Source: Candidatus Eiseniibacteriota bacterium
GTDB taxonomy: Bacteria > Eisenbacteria > RBG-16-71-46
Length of the DNA: 64,000 nt
Direction of reading: 5' to 3'
NCBI GenBank assembly: GCA_041483195.1
Contig: JBGPFC010000010.1
Coordinates: 1-64,000, forward strand
The notes beneath the pieces are model-generated. The model searched no databases. It had not been told where the DNA came from and saw nothing but the letters and a program-made list of their open reading frames with translations. The position numbers and the translations under genes were made by a program. This document shows positions 37,120-46,313 of the stretch, one piece after another; within the stretch, counting starts at the first letter, position 1; each line of letters begins with the position of its first letter.

Positions 37120-38331
37120 CTACGCCCGGGCGGGCATCGCGGCGCGGGCGATCGCCTGATCGAGATCGGCCCACAGATCGTCAACGTCTTCGATCCCCAC
37201 CGACAGTCGCACCAGTCCGTCCGGAATTCCGGCGCGCGCCCGTTCGGCCGGGGTCCGGTGGATGTGCGACGTCATCGCGGGCAGCGACACCAGCGACTCC
37301 ACGCCGCCGAGGCTGGGCGCATGCAGCACCAGCGAGAGCGCGTCGACGGTCGCGGCGGCGGCCGGGGCGCCGCCCCGCACCTCGAACGCGACCAGCGGTC
37401 CGAAGCCCAGGCTCATCTGCCGGCGCGCGAGGGCGTGACCCGGGTGCGATTCCAGCCCTGGATAGAACACCTGCGCGACCCCCGCGTGCCGCGCGAGACG
37501 CTGCGCGAGCGCGAGCGCGCCGGCGTTTCCGCGCTCGACGCGCAGCGGAAGCGTCTTGAGGCTGCGCTCGATCTGCCACGCCACCGCCGGATCGGGCACC
37601 GGGCCGAAGATGCGCCGCGCGCTCCACACCCGCTCCATCCGCGCGGATGAACCGAGCGCCGCGCCGGCCAGCAGATCCGCATGACCGCCGATCGACTTGG
37701 TCGCGCTGTAGATCACGAGGTCGGCGCCGAGCGCGAGCGGATGCTGGCCCACCGGCGAGGCCACGGTGTTGTCCACCGACAGCAGAGCGCCATGACGGTG
37801 GGCGAGCGCCGAGGCGCGCGCCAAATCCACCACGCACAGCGTGGGGTTGGTGGGCGACTCGACGTGGAACAGTCGCGTGCTCTGACGGAACGCGCCCTCC
37901 CAGCTCTCGGGATCGCGCGCGTCCACCAGGTCGAACGACCAGCCCAGCCGCTCGGCGCCCCAGCGCAGCAGGTCGTGCGTGCCGCCGTAGGCCTGCTCGA
38001 GCGCCACCACGTGATCGCCGGCGGCGAGGTGCGCGAGGAACAGGCAGGACAGCGCGGCCATGCCCGAAGAAAACAGCAGCGCGGTCTCGGCGTCCTCGAG
38101 CGCGGCGAGATGTTGCTCGCACGCGCGCAGCGTGGGGTGCCCGAGGCGCTGATAGTACGCGCCCGCCGGGCCGCGCTCCTGCTCGGCCATCATCGCCTCG
38201 AGGCTCGGGAACGCGAAGGTCGCGGAGTGAATGATCGGCGTGCTCACCGCCCCCGACGCGGGGCGGGCGGGGCCGTGCACCGCGCGGGTGCTCGCGCCGC
38301 GCTTCGGACCGGGTCTGCGCTCCAGGCTCAT
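37120..38331 (-). CDS. Cys/Met metabolism PLP enzyme (methionine gamma-lyase/cystathionine gamma-synthase family)
   Basis: YQR.GHPT, SSGMAA, ESPTNP, VDNT, SATKSIGGH, SLGGVESL, RLSVGIED. Confidence 0.9.
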   Translation of the reverse strand: MSLERRPGPKRGASTRAVHGPARPASGAVSTPIIHSATFAFPSLEAMMAEQERGPAGAYYQRLGHPTLRACEQHLAALEDAETALLFSSGMAALSCLFLAHLAAGDHVVALEQAYGGTHDLLRWGAERLGWSFDLVDARDPESWEGAFRQSTRLFHVESPTNPTLCVVDLARASALAHRHGALLSVDNTVASPVGQHPLALGADLVIYSATKSIGGHADLLAGAALGSSARMERVWSARRIFGPVPDPAVAWQIERSLKTLPLRVERGNAGALALAQRLARHAGVAQVFYPGLESHPGHALARRQMSLGFGPLVAFEVRGGAPAAAATVDALSLVLHAPSLGGVESLVSLPAMTSHIHRTPAERARAGIPDGLVRLSVGIEDVDDLWADLDQAIARAAMPARA

Positions 38332-38407
38332 TCTGATCCTCGGGGTTCGCGATGGAATCGCTCGTGCGACCTGGGCTAATGTCCGCCCCATCATACCTCA
38401 CGCCGAC

Positions 38408-39469
38408 ATGCCCGCCTCCCGTCCGGTCGATCGCCTCACGGTGCGCAGCGTGCTGCTCGTGCGCCCGCGCTTCCTGGGCGACGTGTGCCTCACGCTGCCG
38501 GCGCTGGAGGCGGTGCGCGCGGCGTGCCCCGGGGCACGGGTGGCCTACCTGGTCGAGCGCGAGAGCGCGCCGCTGCTGGAGGGCGATCCGCGCGTGGACG
38601 AGCTGATCGTTACGCCCCGCGCGCCGGGGGCGTACGCCACCGCCGTGCTGATCGCGCGCATGCGGCGCTTCGCGCCTCAAGTGGCGTTCGATTTCTTCTG
38701 CAACCCGCGCACCGCGCTGTGGACATACGCCTCCGGCGCGCGGGTGCGCGTCGGATATCCCCACAAGGGCTGGCGCTCCGCGCTCTACACGCACCACGCG
38801 CGGCCGCGCACGCTCTCCGCGATCGGGTTTCATCTGGCGTCGCTCGGCGCGCTCGGCTGGCCTTCGGCTGCGACGCGGCCGCGACTGCACGTTGGCGACG
38901 ACGCGCGCGCGCAGGCGCGGCGTGGCCTGGACGCGCTCGGCGTCCCGGAGGGCGCGCCGCTGGTGGGCTTTCACCCCGGCGCGCGCTGGCCGACGCGGCG
39001 CTGGGACGCCGAACGGTTCGCCGCGCTGGCCGAGCGCTATCTCGAACGCCGCCGCGACGGCGTCGCGCTCATCACCGGCGGCCCCGGCGACCAGCCGCGG
39101 GTCGCGAGCGTCATCGCGAGACTCGGCCGCGGGCGCGCGCGCGCGGTGCTCGGCTGGCCGCTCGCGCAGTTCGTCGCGCTGCAGTCGTTGTGCCGCGCGT
39201 TCGTGTGCGGCGACACCGGGCCCATGCACACCGCGGCGGCGGCCGGCGCGCCGACCCTCGGGCTCATGTCACGCAACCGGCCCGCGATGTTCTTCCCGTA
39301 CGCCGAGGCGGACGGCCATCGCGCATACTACGCCCGGGCCGAGTGCAGTCCCTGCCACCGCGACGAGTGCGACGATCTGCGTTGCCTGGAGCGGCTCACG
39401 GTGGAGGGGGCGTGGCAACGGCTCGACGCCATCCTCGAGCAGGGCGCGCGAACGCGCGCGGGAGGCTGA
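38408..39469 (+). CDS. Glycosyltransferase family 9 (heptosyltransferase-like)
   Basis: 'RFLGDV', 'HPGARWPTRRW', 'DTGPMH'. Confidence 0.9.
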   Translation: MPASRPVDRLTVRSVLLVRPRFLGDVCLTLPALEAVRAACPGARVAYLVERESAPLLEGDPRVDELIVTPRAPGAYATAVLIARMRRFAPQVAFDFFCNPRTALWTYASGARVRVGYPHKGWRSALYTHHARPRTLSAIGFHLASLGALGWPSAATRPRLHVGDDARAQARRGLDALGVPEGAPLVGFHPGARWPTRRWDAERFAALAERYLERRRDGVALITGGPGDQPRVASVIARLGRGRARAVLGWPLAQFVALQSLCRAFVCGDTGPMHTAAAAGAPTLGLMSRNRPAMFFPYAEADGHRAYYARAECSPCHRDECDDLRCLERLTVEGAWQRLDAILEQGARTRAGG

Positions 39470-39470
39470 C

Positions 39471-40274
39471 ATGCCATCACGGATCGTGACCTTCACCTCC
39501 GACTTCGGACGACAGGACTGGTTCGTGGGAGTGGTGCACGGCGTCGTGCACGACCTCGCCCCCGAGGCGCGGCTGGTGGATCTCACGCATGAGATTCCGC
39601 CGGGCGCGGTCGAGCGCGCGGCGTTCGTGATCGAGGCGGCGGCTCCCGACTTCCCGCCCGGCACCGTCCACCTCGCGGTGGTCGACCCCGGCGTCGGCAC
39701 GGCGCGGCGCGCGCTCGCGGTCCACGCCCACGATCAGTGGTTCGTCGGCCCCGACAACGGCATCCTCGAGTGGGCGCTCGCCGACCCGCGAGCCGAAGCG
39801 CACGCGCTCACCGAGGCGAGATACTTCCGCGAGCCGGTGAGCCGCACGTTTCACGGCCGCGACGTCTTCGCCCCGGTCGCCGCGCACCTCGCGCGCGGTG
39901 TCGCGCTCGAGGCGCTCGGGCCCCGGATCGCCGATCCCGTGCGCCTGCGCCGTCCGCCGCCGCGGGCGATCGACGGCGAGATCGAGGGCCGGATCATGTG
40001 GGTGGACCGCTTCGGCAACGCGCTCACCAGCATCACGGCCGACGCGATCGCCGCGGCGTTTCCGGGCGCGCGCGAGGAGGACGTCGAGGTGCGAGTGGGG
40101 CTGCTGCGCCTGCGCGGGGTGGCACGCTCGTATGGGGACGCGCCGGTTGGCACGGCGATCGCGATCGTCGGCTCGAGCGGACGGCTCGAGATCGCGCAGG
40201 TCGGCGGGCACGCCGCCTCGCGCCTCGGGCTCGGCATCGGGGACACGGTAGGGGTGACGCACCACGGCGCCTGA
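39471..40274 (+). CDS. DUF62 SAM hydroxide adenosyltransferase (SAM hydrolase)
   Basis: 'TSDFG', 'VVDPGVGT.RR', 'GPDNG', 'SRTFHGRD', 'DRFGN'. Confidence 0.9.
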   Translation: MPSRIVTFTSDFGRQDWFVGVVHGVVHDLAPEARLVDLTHEIPPGAVERAAFVIEAAAPDFPPGTVHLAVVDPGVGTARRALAVHAHDQWFVGPDNGILEWALADPRAEAHALTEARYFREPVSRTFHGRDVFAPVAAHLARGVALEALGPRIADPVRLRRPPPRAIDGEIEGRIMWVDRFGNALTSITADAIAAAFPGAREEDVEVRVGLLRLRGVARSYGDAPVGTAIAIVGSSGRLEIAQVGGHAASRLGLGIGDTVGVTHHGA

Positions 40275-40280
40275 GCTTGA

Positions 40281-40327
40281 CGCGCGCGAAAGCCCCGGCC
40301 TCGCGTCGAGACCTGGGGCTTCGCGCG
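40281..40327. terminator. Hairpin between convergent genes
   Basis: aagccccgg...ctggggctt stem, extended by cgcgcg arms. Confidence 0.55.
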
Positions 40328-40339
40328 TGTGACGTGCAG

Positions 40340-41956
40340 TTACGGGTGCGCTCGCTTCGGCGCGTCGAGCGCCTGCGACATGAGCTTGCTCGCGCGCGGG
40401 AACAGCTCGAGAGCGCTCTGCAGCTGGGTGTCGTCTTCGACCAGGATGCGATAGCGCGCGAGCTGGCCGCTGGTGTCGAGGGCGAGCTCGGAGCGCACCT
40501 GCCGCATGATGAACGGACGGTCCGCGGTCCAGATCGAATCGGTGATCGTGACCTTGTGGCTCTCCATCGACTTGCGCAGCTCGGCCCAGTCGGCGTCGGA
40601 CAGCTGGAAGTCCTTGTTGAAGGAGTCGGCCGTCCACTTCGCGTCCTTGTGACGCGCGACGTAGTGGGTCGCGAAGTCCACGATCGGGCGCTTCTGGAGC
40701 ATCTCGACCTGCGGGTTGGTGAGCCGGTCGGGCTCCTTGAGGACCACGTCCGGGTAGATGCCGCCGCCGCCGTACACCGTGCGGCCGCCCGCGGTCTTGA
40801 ACTTGGGACGGGTCGCGAGCTCGGAATCGCTCGGCACGTCCTCGCGCATCGCGTCCATCGCGTAGGCCTCGCGGTCCGAGAACTTCGTGTAGTCGCGCTG
40901 GATCAGCCGGCCGCTCGGCGTGTAGTAGTGCGCGATCGTGAGCAGCAGCTTCGAGCCGTCGGAGAGCCGGAGCTGATTCTGCACCAGCCCCTTCCCGAAC
41001 GAATTCGTACCGGCCACGATGCCGCGGTCGAGATCCTGGATGGCGCCGGCCACGATCTCGGAGGCCGAGGCGCTGCCGTGATCGATCAGCACCACGGTCG
41101 GCATGTCGGCCAGCTTCGGCCGGTCGGTGCTCTTGTAGTCCATGTTCGCCGAAGGGGTCCGGCCGCGCGTGTACACCAGCAGCTTGTCGGACGGCACCAG
41201 CTGGTCGAGCACGTCCACCGCCTGCGAGAGCAATCCGCCCGAGTTCGAGCGCAGGTCCACCAGCAGCGATTTCATGCCCTGCGGGCGCAGCGTCGTGATC
41301 GCCTTCTCGAGCTCCTCGCCCGTGGTCTGCGCGAAGCGGTTGATTCGCACGTAGCCGATGCCGGACCGGATCATGTAGGCGTAAGGCACGCTCTCGATGG
41401 GGATCTTGGCGCGCTCGATCGTGAAGTGGAGCAGCTCGGCCTCGTCCTCGCGCGCGATCGAGACCTGAACGATGCTGCCGGTGGGCCCCTTCAGCAGGCG
41501 GAACACGTCGTTCTCGACGATCGATTTCGGCACCGGCTTGCCGTCGACCTCGACGATGCGGTCGCCGGCGCGGATCCCGAGCCGGTGGGCGGGCGTGCCT
41601 TCGAGCGGCGAGATCACGGTGATCACGCCGTCGCGGATCTCGAATGCGACCCCGATCCCCGAGTACTCGCCCTGGAACTGCTCGTCCATCCGCTCCGCGC
41701 GCGCCTGGGGCATGTACACGGTGTGCGGATCGAGGGTCTTCAGCATGCCGTCGATCGCGCCGTGGATGAGCTTCTCGTTGTCCGGCACCTCGACGTAATG
41801 GTTCTGCACCAGGTAGAGCACCTGTGTGAAGAGGTCGAGCTGCGAGCGCAGGTCGTCGGTGGCCTGCAATCCCCGCGCGAGGCCGAAGCCCAGGAACAGT
41901 GAGAGCGCCATGGCCACCACGAGGGGGCCCAGCGAAGTGCGACGAAAGAACGCCAT
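40340..41956 (-). CDS. ctpA: S41A C-terminal processing protease with PDZ domain
   Basis: LDPH, GIG (PDZ), DLRSNSGG, SASASE, FGKG, YYTPSG. Confidence 0.93.
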   Translation of the reverse strand: MAFFRRTSLGPLVVAMALSLFLGFGLARGLQATDDLRSQLDLFTQVLYLVQNHYVEVPDNEKLIHGAIDGMLKTLDPHTVYMPQARAERMDEQFQGEYSGIGVAFEIRDGVITVISPLEGTPAHRLGIRAGDRIVEVDGKPVPKSIVENDVFRLLKGPTGSIVQVSIAREDEAELLHFTIERAKIPIESVPYAYMIRSGIGYVRINRFAQTTGEELEKAITTLRPQGMKSLLVDLRSNSGGLLSQAVDVLDQLVPSDKLLVYTRGRTPSANMDYKSTDRPKLADMPTVVLIDHGSASASEIVAGAIQDLDRGIVAGTNSFGKGLVQNQLRLSDGSKLLLTIAHYYTPSGRLIQRDYTKFSDREAYAMDAMREDVPSDSELATRPKFKTAGGRTVYGGGGIYPDVVLKEPDRLTNPQVEMLQKRPIVDFATHYVARHKDAKWTADSFNKDFQLSDADWAELRKSMESHKVTITDSIWTADRPFIMRQVRSELALDTSGQLARYRILVEDDTQLQSALELFPRASKLMSQALDAPKRAHP

Positions 41957-41978
41957 GATGTCCCCGCGAGTTGAGGTT

Positions 41979-43154
41979 CTACGCCGCCGGAGCGCGAGCC
42001 TTGAGCCGGCTCAGGCGCTCCACGGCCGCTTCGAGTGTTTCACGACGGCGCGCGAAGTGAAAGCGGAGCCGCTGCCGTCCCGCAACCGGATCCGAGTAGA
42101 AACTCGAACCGGGCACCGCCGCCACGCCCACGCCCGAGACCAGGTCGCGCGCGAAGCTCACGTCGTCTGATGCGCCAAATCCCGAGATGTCGGTCATGAC
42201 GTAGTAGGCACCCCGCGGCATGAACGTCCGGAAACCCGCGGCGGCGAGCGCGGGGACCAGATAATCGCGGCGTTTCCGGTAGTCGTCGGCGAGCTTCCCG
42301 TAGTAGCCCGGCGGCGATTCCAGCGCCACGGCCGCGGCCTCCTGCAGCGGCGCGGGCGCCCCCACGGTCAGGAAGTCGTGAACTTTGCGGATCGCAGCGC
42401 TGAGCGGCGGGGGAGCGAGACACCAGCCGATGCGCCAGCCCGTGACGCTGTAGGTCTTCGAGAGCCCGCTGATGGTCACGGTGCGCTCCCGCATGCCTTC
42501 GAGCGTCGCGAGCGAAACGTGCTCTGCGCCGTCGTAGAGAATGTGCTCGTAGATCTCGTCGGTGATCGCGACCACGTCCCACTTCCGGCACAACGCCGCG
42601 ATGTGCGCGAGCTCCTCGCGGCTGAACACCTTTCCCGTGGGATTGTTCGGGGTGTTGATGACGATCGCCTTGGTGCGGTTGCTGAACGCGCGCTCCAGCT
42701 CGTTTTGGTCGTAGCCCCAGTCGGGCTCGCGCAGCCGGACGAAGCGCGGAGTCGCGCCGCAGAGGATGGCGTCGGGCCCGTAGTTCTCGTAGAACGGCTC
42801 GAACACGACGACCTCCTCCCCCGGATTGACCAGCGCGAGGAGGGTCGCGGCCATGCACTCGGTGGATCCGCAGCACACCGTGATCTCGGTCTCGGGATCG
42901 AACTCGAGGCGATTGGTCCGGCGCGTCTTCGCGACCAGCGCGTCGCGCAGCCGCTTCGCGCCCCAGGTGATGGCGTACTGATTGACGTCGGCGCGCACCG
43001 CCCTCGCCGCCTCGTCCTTGAGCGTGTCCGGGGCGGGAAAATCGGGAAAGCCCTGCGCGAGATTGACGCCATGGTGCTGCTGGCACAGCCGGGTCATCTC
43101 GCGAATCACCGACTCGGTGAACAGCGTGCTGCGCAGCGAGACGAGGGATCGCAT
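41979..43154 (-). CDS. Class I/II PLP aminotransferase (YbdL/DapC-like)
   Basis: NLAQGFPD, NTPNNPTG, DEIY, SKTYSVTGWRIG. Confidence 0.92.
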   Translation of the reverse strand: MRSLVSLRSTLFTESVIREMTRLCQQHHGVNLAQGFPDFPAPDTLKDEAARAVRADVNQYAITWGAKRLRDALVAKTRRTNRLEFDPETEITVCCGSTECMAATLLALVNPGEEVVVFEPFYENYGPDAILCGATPRFVRLREPDWGYDQNELERAFSNRTKAIVINTPNNPTGKVFSREELAHIAALCRKWDVVAITDEIYEHILYDGAEHVSLATLEGMRERTVTISGLSKTYSVTGWRIGWCLAPPPLSAAIRKVHDFLTVGAPAPLQEAAAVALESPPGYYGKLADDYRKRRDYLVPALAAAGFRTFMPRGAYYVMTDISGFGASDDVSFARDLVSGVGVAAVPGSSFYSDPVAGRQRLRFHFARRRETLEAAVERLSRLKARAPAA

Positions 43155-43164
43155 GTGACCGTCA

Positions 43165-43193
43165 AGTGTACCCGCGCGCCCCCCCTCGCCCAA
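43165..43193 (-). promoter_or_regulatory. Sigma70-like promoter giving a near-leaderless transcript
   Basis: TTGGGC-N17-TACACT ending 10 nt before the ATG at 43154; no RBS. Confidence 0.4.
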
Positions 43194-43271
43194 CATGCGA
43201 TTTGCACGATCGCCGAGCAAGCCGCGACGAGCGCGGGGGGCGGGCGGCGGGAAGAGGGCGGCGGGCGGCGT

Positions 43272-43475
43272 GACATGCTGCGGCCGTTCGGACGGAGGTC
43301 GGGGGCGGCGGGCGGCGAGACATGCGCGGCGTGCGGGGTGCGGTGGGAGACATGCGGCGGCGACTCGGAGCCTCGCGGGAGCCAGGGATGGCGGAGCGAG
43401 GCTTCGCGTCAGTGAGGACTCGCAGGATGCGAGTCCGAACGGCCGCCGCATGTCTCCCACCGCGCCCCGCACGCC
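43272..43475. repeat. Structured intergenic element with a 34-bp inverted repeat and GGA-loop hairpins
   Basis: Arms at 43328-43361 and 43442-43475 (1 mismatch); alternative pairing 43272-43293 with 43433-43454; internal GCCAGGGATGGC and GGACTCGCA-GGA-TGCGAGTCC. Confidence 0.8.
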
Positions 43476-43534
43476 CCCCGGACCCTCGCTCCAATGTTTG
43501 ACTTCGCATCCACCCTCCCCCAACTTCCAGCGCC

Positions 43535-44956
43535 ATGGACGCACAGCGCGGCGTCGCGCGCCGCATGGTGATCGGCTTGCCGCGCGAGGGCCTCTTCCCC
43601 GCATGGGAACGCGACTTCGCATCGTATCCGCCCGCCGGAGTCATCCTCTTCGCGCGCGACTTCGCCGATCTCGACGCGTTGCGGCGGCTCACCGCGCGGC
43701 TGCGCGAGCTCGCGCGCCCGCGGCGCATCTTCATCGCGATCGACGAGGAGGGCGGCTTCGTCTCGCAACTCGCGGGGCATCTGATCGTGCCTCCCTCCGC
43801 CGCGCTGCTCGCGCGCGGGGCCGAGCCCGGCGAGATCGAGTGGGTGCACCGCGTGACCGCGCTCCGCATGCGCGCGCTCGGGCTCGACTGGGCGTTCGCC
43901 CCGGTCGCGGACGTGCACTCGGAGCCTCTCAATCCCGTGATCGGGCCACGCGCGTTCGGCGCGGACCCCGACGCCGTGGCGCGCTGCGTCGGCGAGGCGT
44001 TGCGCGGCCTGCGGGCGGGCGGCGTGGCCTCGTGCCTCAAGCACTTCCCCGGTCACGGCGACACCAGCGTCGATTCGCATCTGGCGCTGCCGGTCTGCCG
44101 CGCGGACGCCCGCCTGCTCGAGCGCCGCGAGCTCGCGCCGTTCCGCGCGCACCCGGACGCCGACGCGATCATGACCGCTCACGTCGTGTACCCCGCGCTC
44201 GACCCGGAGCGCCCGGCGACGTTCTCGAAGGCGATCACCTTCGACCTGCTCCGCGAGCGGCTGGGCTTTCGGGGGGTGAGCATCACCGATGCGCTCGAGA
44301 TGAAGGGCGCCGCCGCCGGGCGCGAGCCGCTCGAGATCGCGGAGCTGGCGCTCGAGGCGGGATGCGACCTGCTGCTGTTCGCGTTTCACGACGAGGAGGT
44401 GCGACGCGTGCGGCTCGGTCTCGCACGCGCGGTGCTGGACGGGCGCATCGACCGCGCGCGATTCGACGCGGCCCGGCCGCGGCTCGCGGCGTTCGACCGC
44501 GCGCACCCGGAACCCGACGCCGGCTCGCTCGCCGCCCCGCTCGCCACCCTCACGCCTCCGGAGTGGGAGGCGCGCCTCGAGCGCATCGTCGAGCGCGGGC
44601 TGGAGCTGAGGGGCGAGTGGCCGGCCATCGCGCGGTCCGGCCCCTGGCGCGTGACGGAGCCCGAGAGCGGTTCCACGTCGACCCTGCGCGCGGCGCTCTC
44701 GTCGCTCGGGGTCGCCGTCGTCGAGGACGGCGCGGCCGCCGAGGTGATCGCGATCGCGACCCGCGTGCCGCTCGGCGCGGCGGAGATCGATGGCCTGCGC
44801 GCCCGCTGTCGCGCGCGCCCTTGCGCGCTCGTCGCGCTGCAGGCCGGCGCGTTTCTCGAAGCGCTGCCCGAGGCCGCGCTGCGCGTCGCGGCGTCCGACG
44901 CCACGCCGCTCACCCGCCGCGTGGTCGCACGCGCGCTGGCCTCGCGCCCGGCCTGA
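43535..44956 (+). CDS. nagZ: GH3 beta-N-acetylhexosaminidase
   Basis: DEEGG, KHFPGHGDTSVDSH, MTAH, TDALEM. Confidence 0.9.
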   Translation: MDAQRGVARRMVIGLPREGLFPAWERDFASYPPAGVILFARDFADLDALRRLTARLRELARPRRIFIAIDEEGGFVSQLAGHLIVPPSAALLARGAEPGEIEWVHRVTALRMRALGLDWAFAPVADVHSEPLNPVIGPRAFGADPDAVARCVGEALRGLRAGGVASCLKHFPGHGDTSVDSHLALPVCRADARLLERRELAPFRAHPDADAIMTAHVVYPALDPERPATFSKAITFDLLRERLGFRGVSITDALEMKGAAAGREPLEIAELALEAGCDLLLFAFHDEEVRRVRLGLARAVLDGRIDRARFDAARPRLAAFDRAHPEPDAGSLAAPLATLTPPEWEARLERIVERGLELRGEWPAIARSGPWRVTEPESGSTSTLRAALSSLGVAVVEDGAAAEVIAIATRVPLGAAEIDGLRARCRARPCALVALQAGAFLEALPEAALRVAASDATPLTRRVVARALASRPA

Positions 44957-45019
44957 GCGCCGCGCCGGGCGAACGACAACGGTGACTGGCGCGGGGTCCG
45001 GGCCGCCCTGCGTTTCGCC

Positions 45020-46255
45020 TCAGTACGAGAAGTGGAATTGGAGATACATCTGATTCTCGTTGTCCACCTTCTTGCTGCTCACGAACGAGAACTGGTCCGC
45101 CTTGTAGTCGACGTGCCGCAGCGTCCAGCGCAGCTCGCCGAACGGGACCGGCACCACTTCCCCTTCGAGCGCGTAGCGTGAGTAGGTGTTGTTGTCGCGA
45201 ACCGACTGGCGGCTGTTGCGGTCGAGCACCAGGTAGTCGTAGCGCACGCGCACGTTGACCGTGCGGCGCGGTGCGTAGTCGAGCTCACCGAAATACGCGA
45301 GCTTGTTGATCTTCGAGCCGAACGGCGGAATCGGCACCTCGCGTTCGTCGGTGCCCGCCCCGATCTCGCCCAGCACGGAGAACGGCCCGCGATGGGTCAT
45401 GCCGTAGTAGCCCCAGCGCGTCGCGCGGCGGAGCGACGAGGTTTCCTTGCGATAGTCGTCGTAGAGCGAGATCGCGCCCTGGTAGTAGGCCGCGTTGTAG
45501 CCGAGCTTCAAGGTCTTGGCCTCCGCGAACGTGTTCCCGGAAACGCCGAACGGATCGGACGCGCCGTTGGTGTAGGCCATGCGCCCGAAGAACGGGCCGC
45601 GGGATCCGCCCAGCTCGATTCCCTGATCCGGATTGCGAGGATCGAACGGGAGGAACGACCGCTGGTTCAGGAAGTCGAGGAAGCCGTTGCGAGTCGCGAC
45701 CGTGTGGTCGTCCATCCGCAGCCCGTAGGGCGTGCGAAAGCGCCCCGCCTTGAGGTAACCGTCGAGCGGGAACCCGCCGATCATGCCCCATGCGTCCTTG
45801 GGCTGCGCGGGGTTCCCGGCGATCACGTTGAGCTCGGTCGTGTAGACGAGCGTCAGACGCGGATGCGGCTGGAACGCGATGTGGAGCGAATTCTCCATGT
45901 TGAAGAAGCCGAAGCGGTCGAGCGAGTCCTTCAGCACCTGCGCGTTGGCGAGCACCATGAAGCGCTGATTGACCCCGAGGTAGACCGGCATGTTCTCGCC
46001 GATTCGATTGGTGAGCGCGAGCTCGTGGAACGGACTCTTCTCGCCCTCGGGCTCGAGCGCATGGCGGTTCTTCGCGAACGCGAAGCCAAACTCGTTGCGC
46101 GGTCCGCCGCCGTTCGGATCGAAGTGGCAGGTCTGGCACATGAAGCCGTTGCGCGCGGCGTACTGCGGCACGCTCCGCGCGCGGCGCGGCAGGACGAGCA
46201 CGGTGAGCGACGCGAGCAGCAACACGACGGGAATCGCGCGAAATCCGAGACGCAT
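45020..46255 (-). CDS. Outer-membrane beta-barrel with N-terminal monoheme cytochrome c (Cyc2-like architecture)
   Basis: GGAGGAG RBS; signal peptide; 'VPQYAARNGFMCQTCH'; amphipathic beta strands; C-terminal 'YLQFHFSY'. Confidence 0.8.
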   Translation of the reverse strand: MRLGFRAIPVVLLLASLTVLVLPRRARSVPQYAARNGFMCQTCHFDPNGGGPRNEFGFAFAKNRHALEPEGEKSPFHELALTNRIGENMPVYLGVNQRFMVLANAQVLKDSLDRFGFFNMENSLHIAFQPHPRLTLVYTTELNVIAGNPAQPKDAWGMIGGFPLDGYLKAGRFRTPYGLRMDDHTVATRNGFLDFLNQRSFLPFDPRNPDQGIELGGSRGPFFGRMAYTNGASDPFGVSGNTFAEAKTLKLGYNAAYYQGAISLYDDYRKETSSLRRATRWGYYGMTHRGPFSVLGEIGAGTDEREVPIPPFGSKINKLAYFGELDYAPRRTVNVRVRYDYLVLDRNSRQSVRDNNTYSRYALEGEVVPVPFGELRWTLRHVDYKADQFSFVSSKKVDNENQMYLQFHFSY

Positions 46256-46313
46256 GGGCTCCTCCAAGGGTGCGACGCGGCCCGACTCCCCGGTCGCGGA
46301 ACGCGCGCGACGC

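Noticed and set aside
39471..40274. SAM-dependent chlorinase/fluorinase forming a halogenation system with the VHPO
   Set aside because: It has the TFHGRD His motif and the Asp/Arg residues of DUF62 SAM hydrolases, lies 27 kb away and sits in a housekeeping context.
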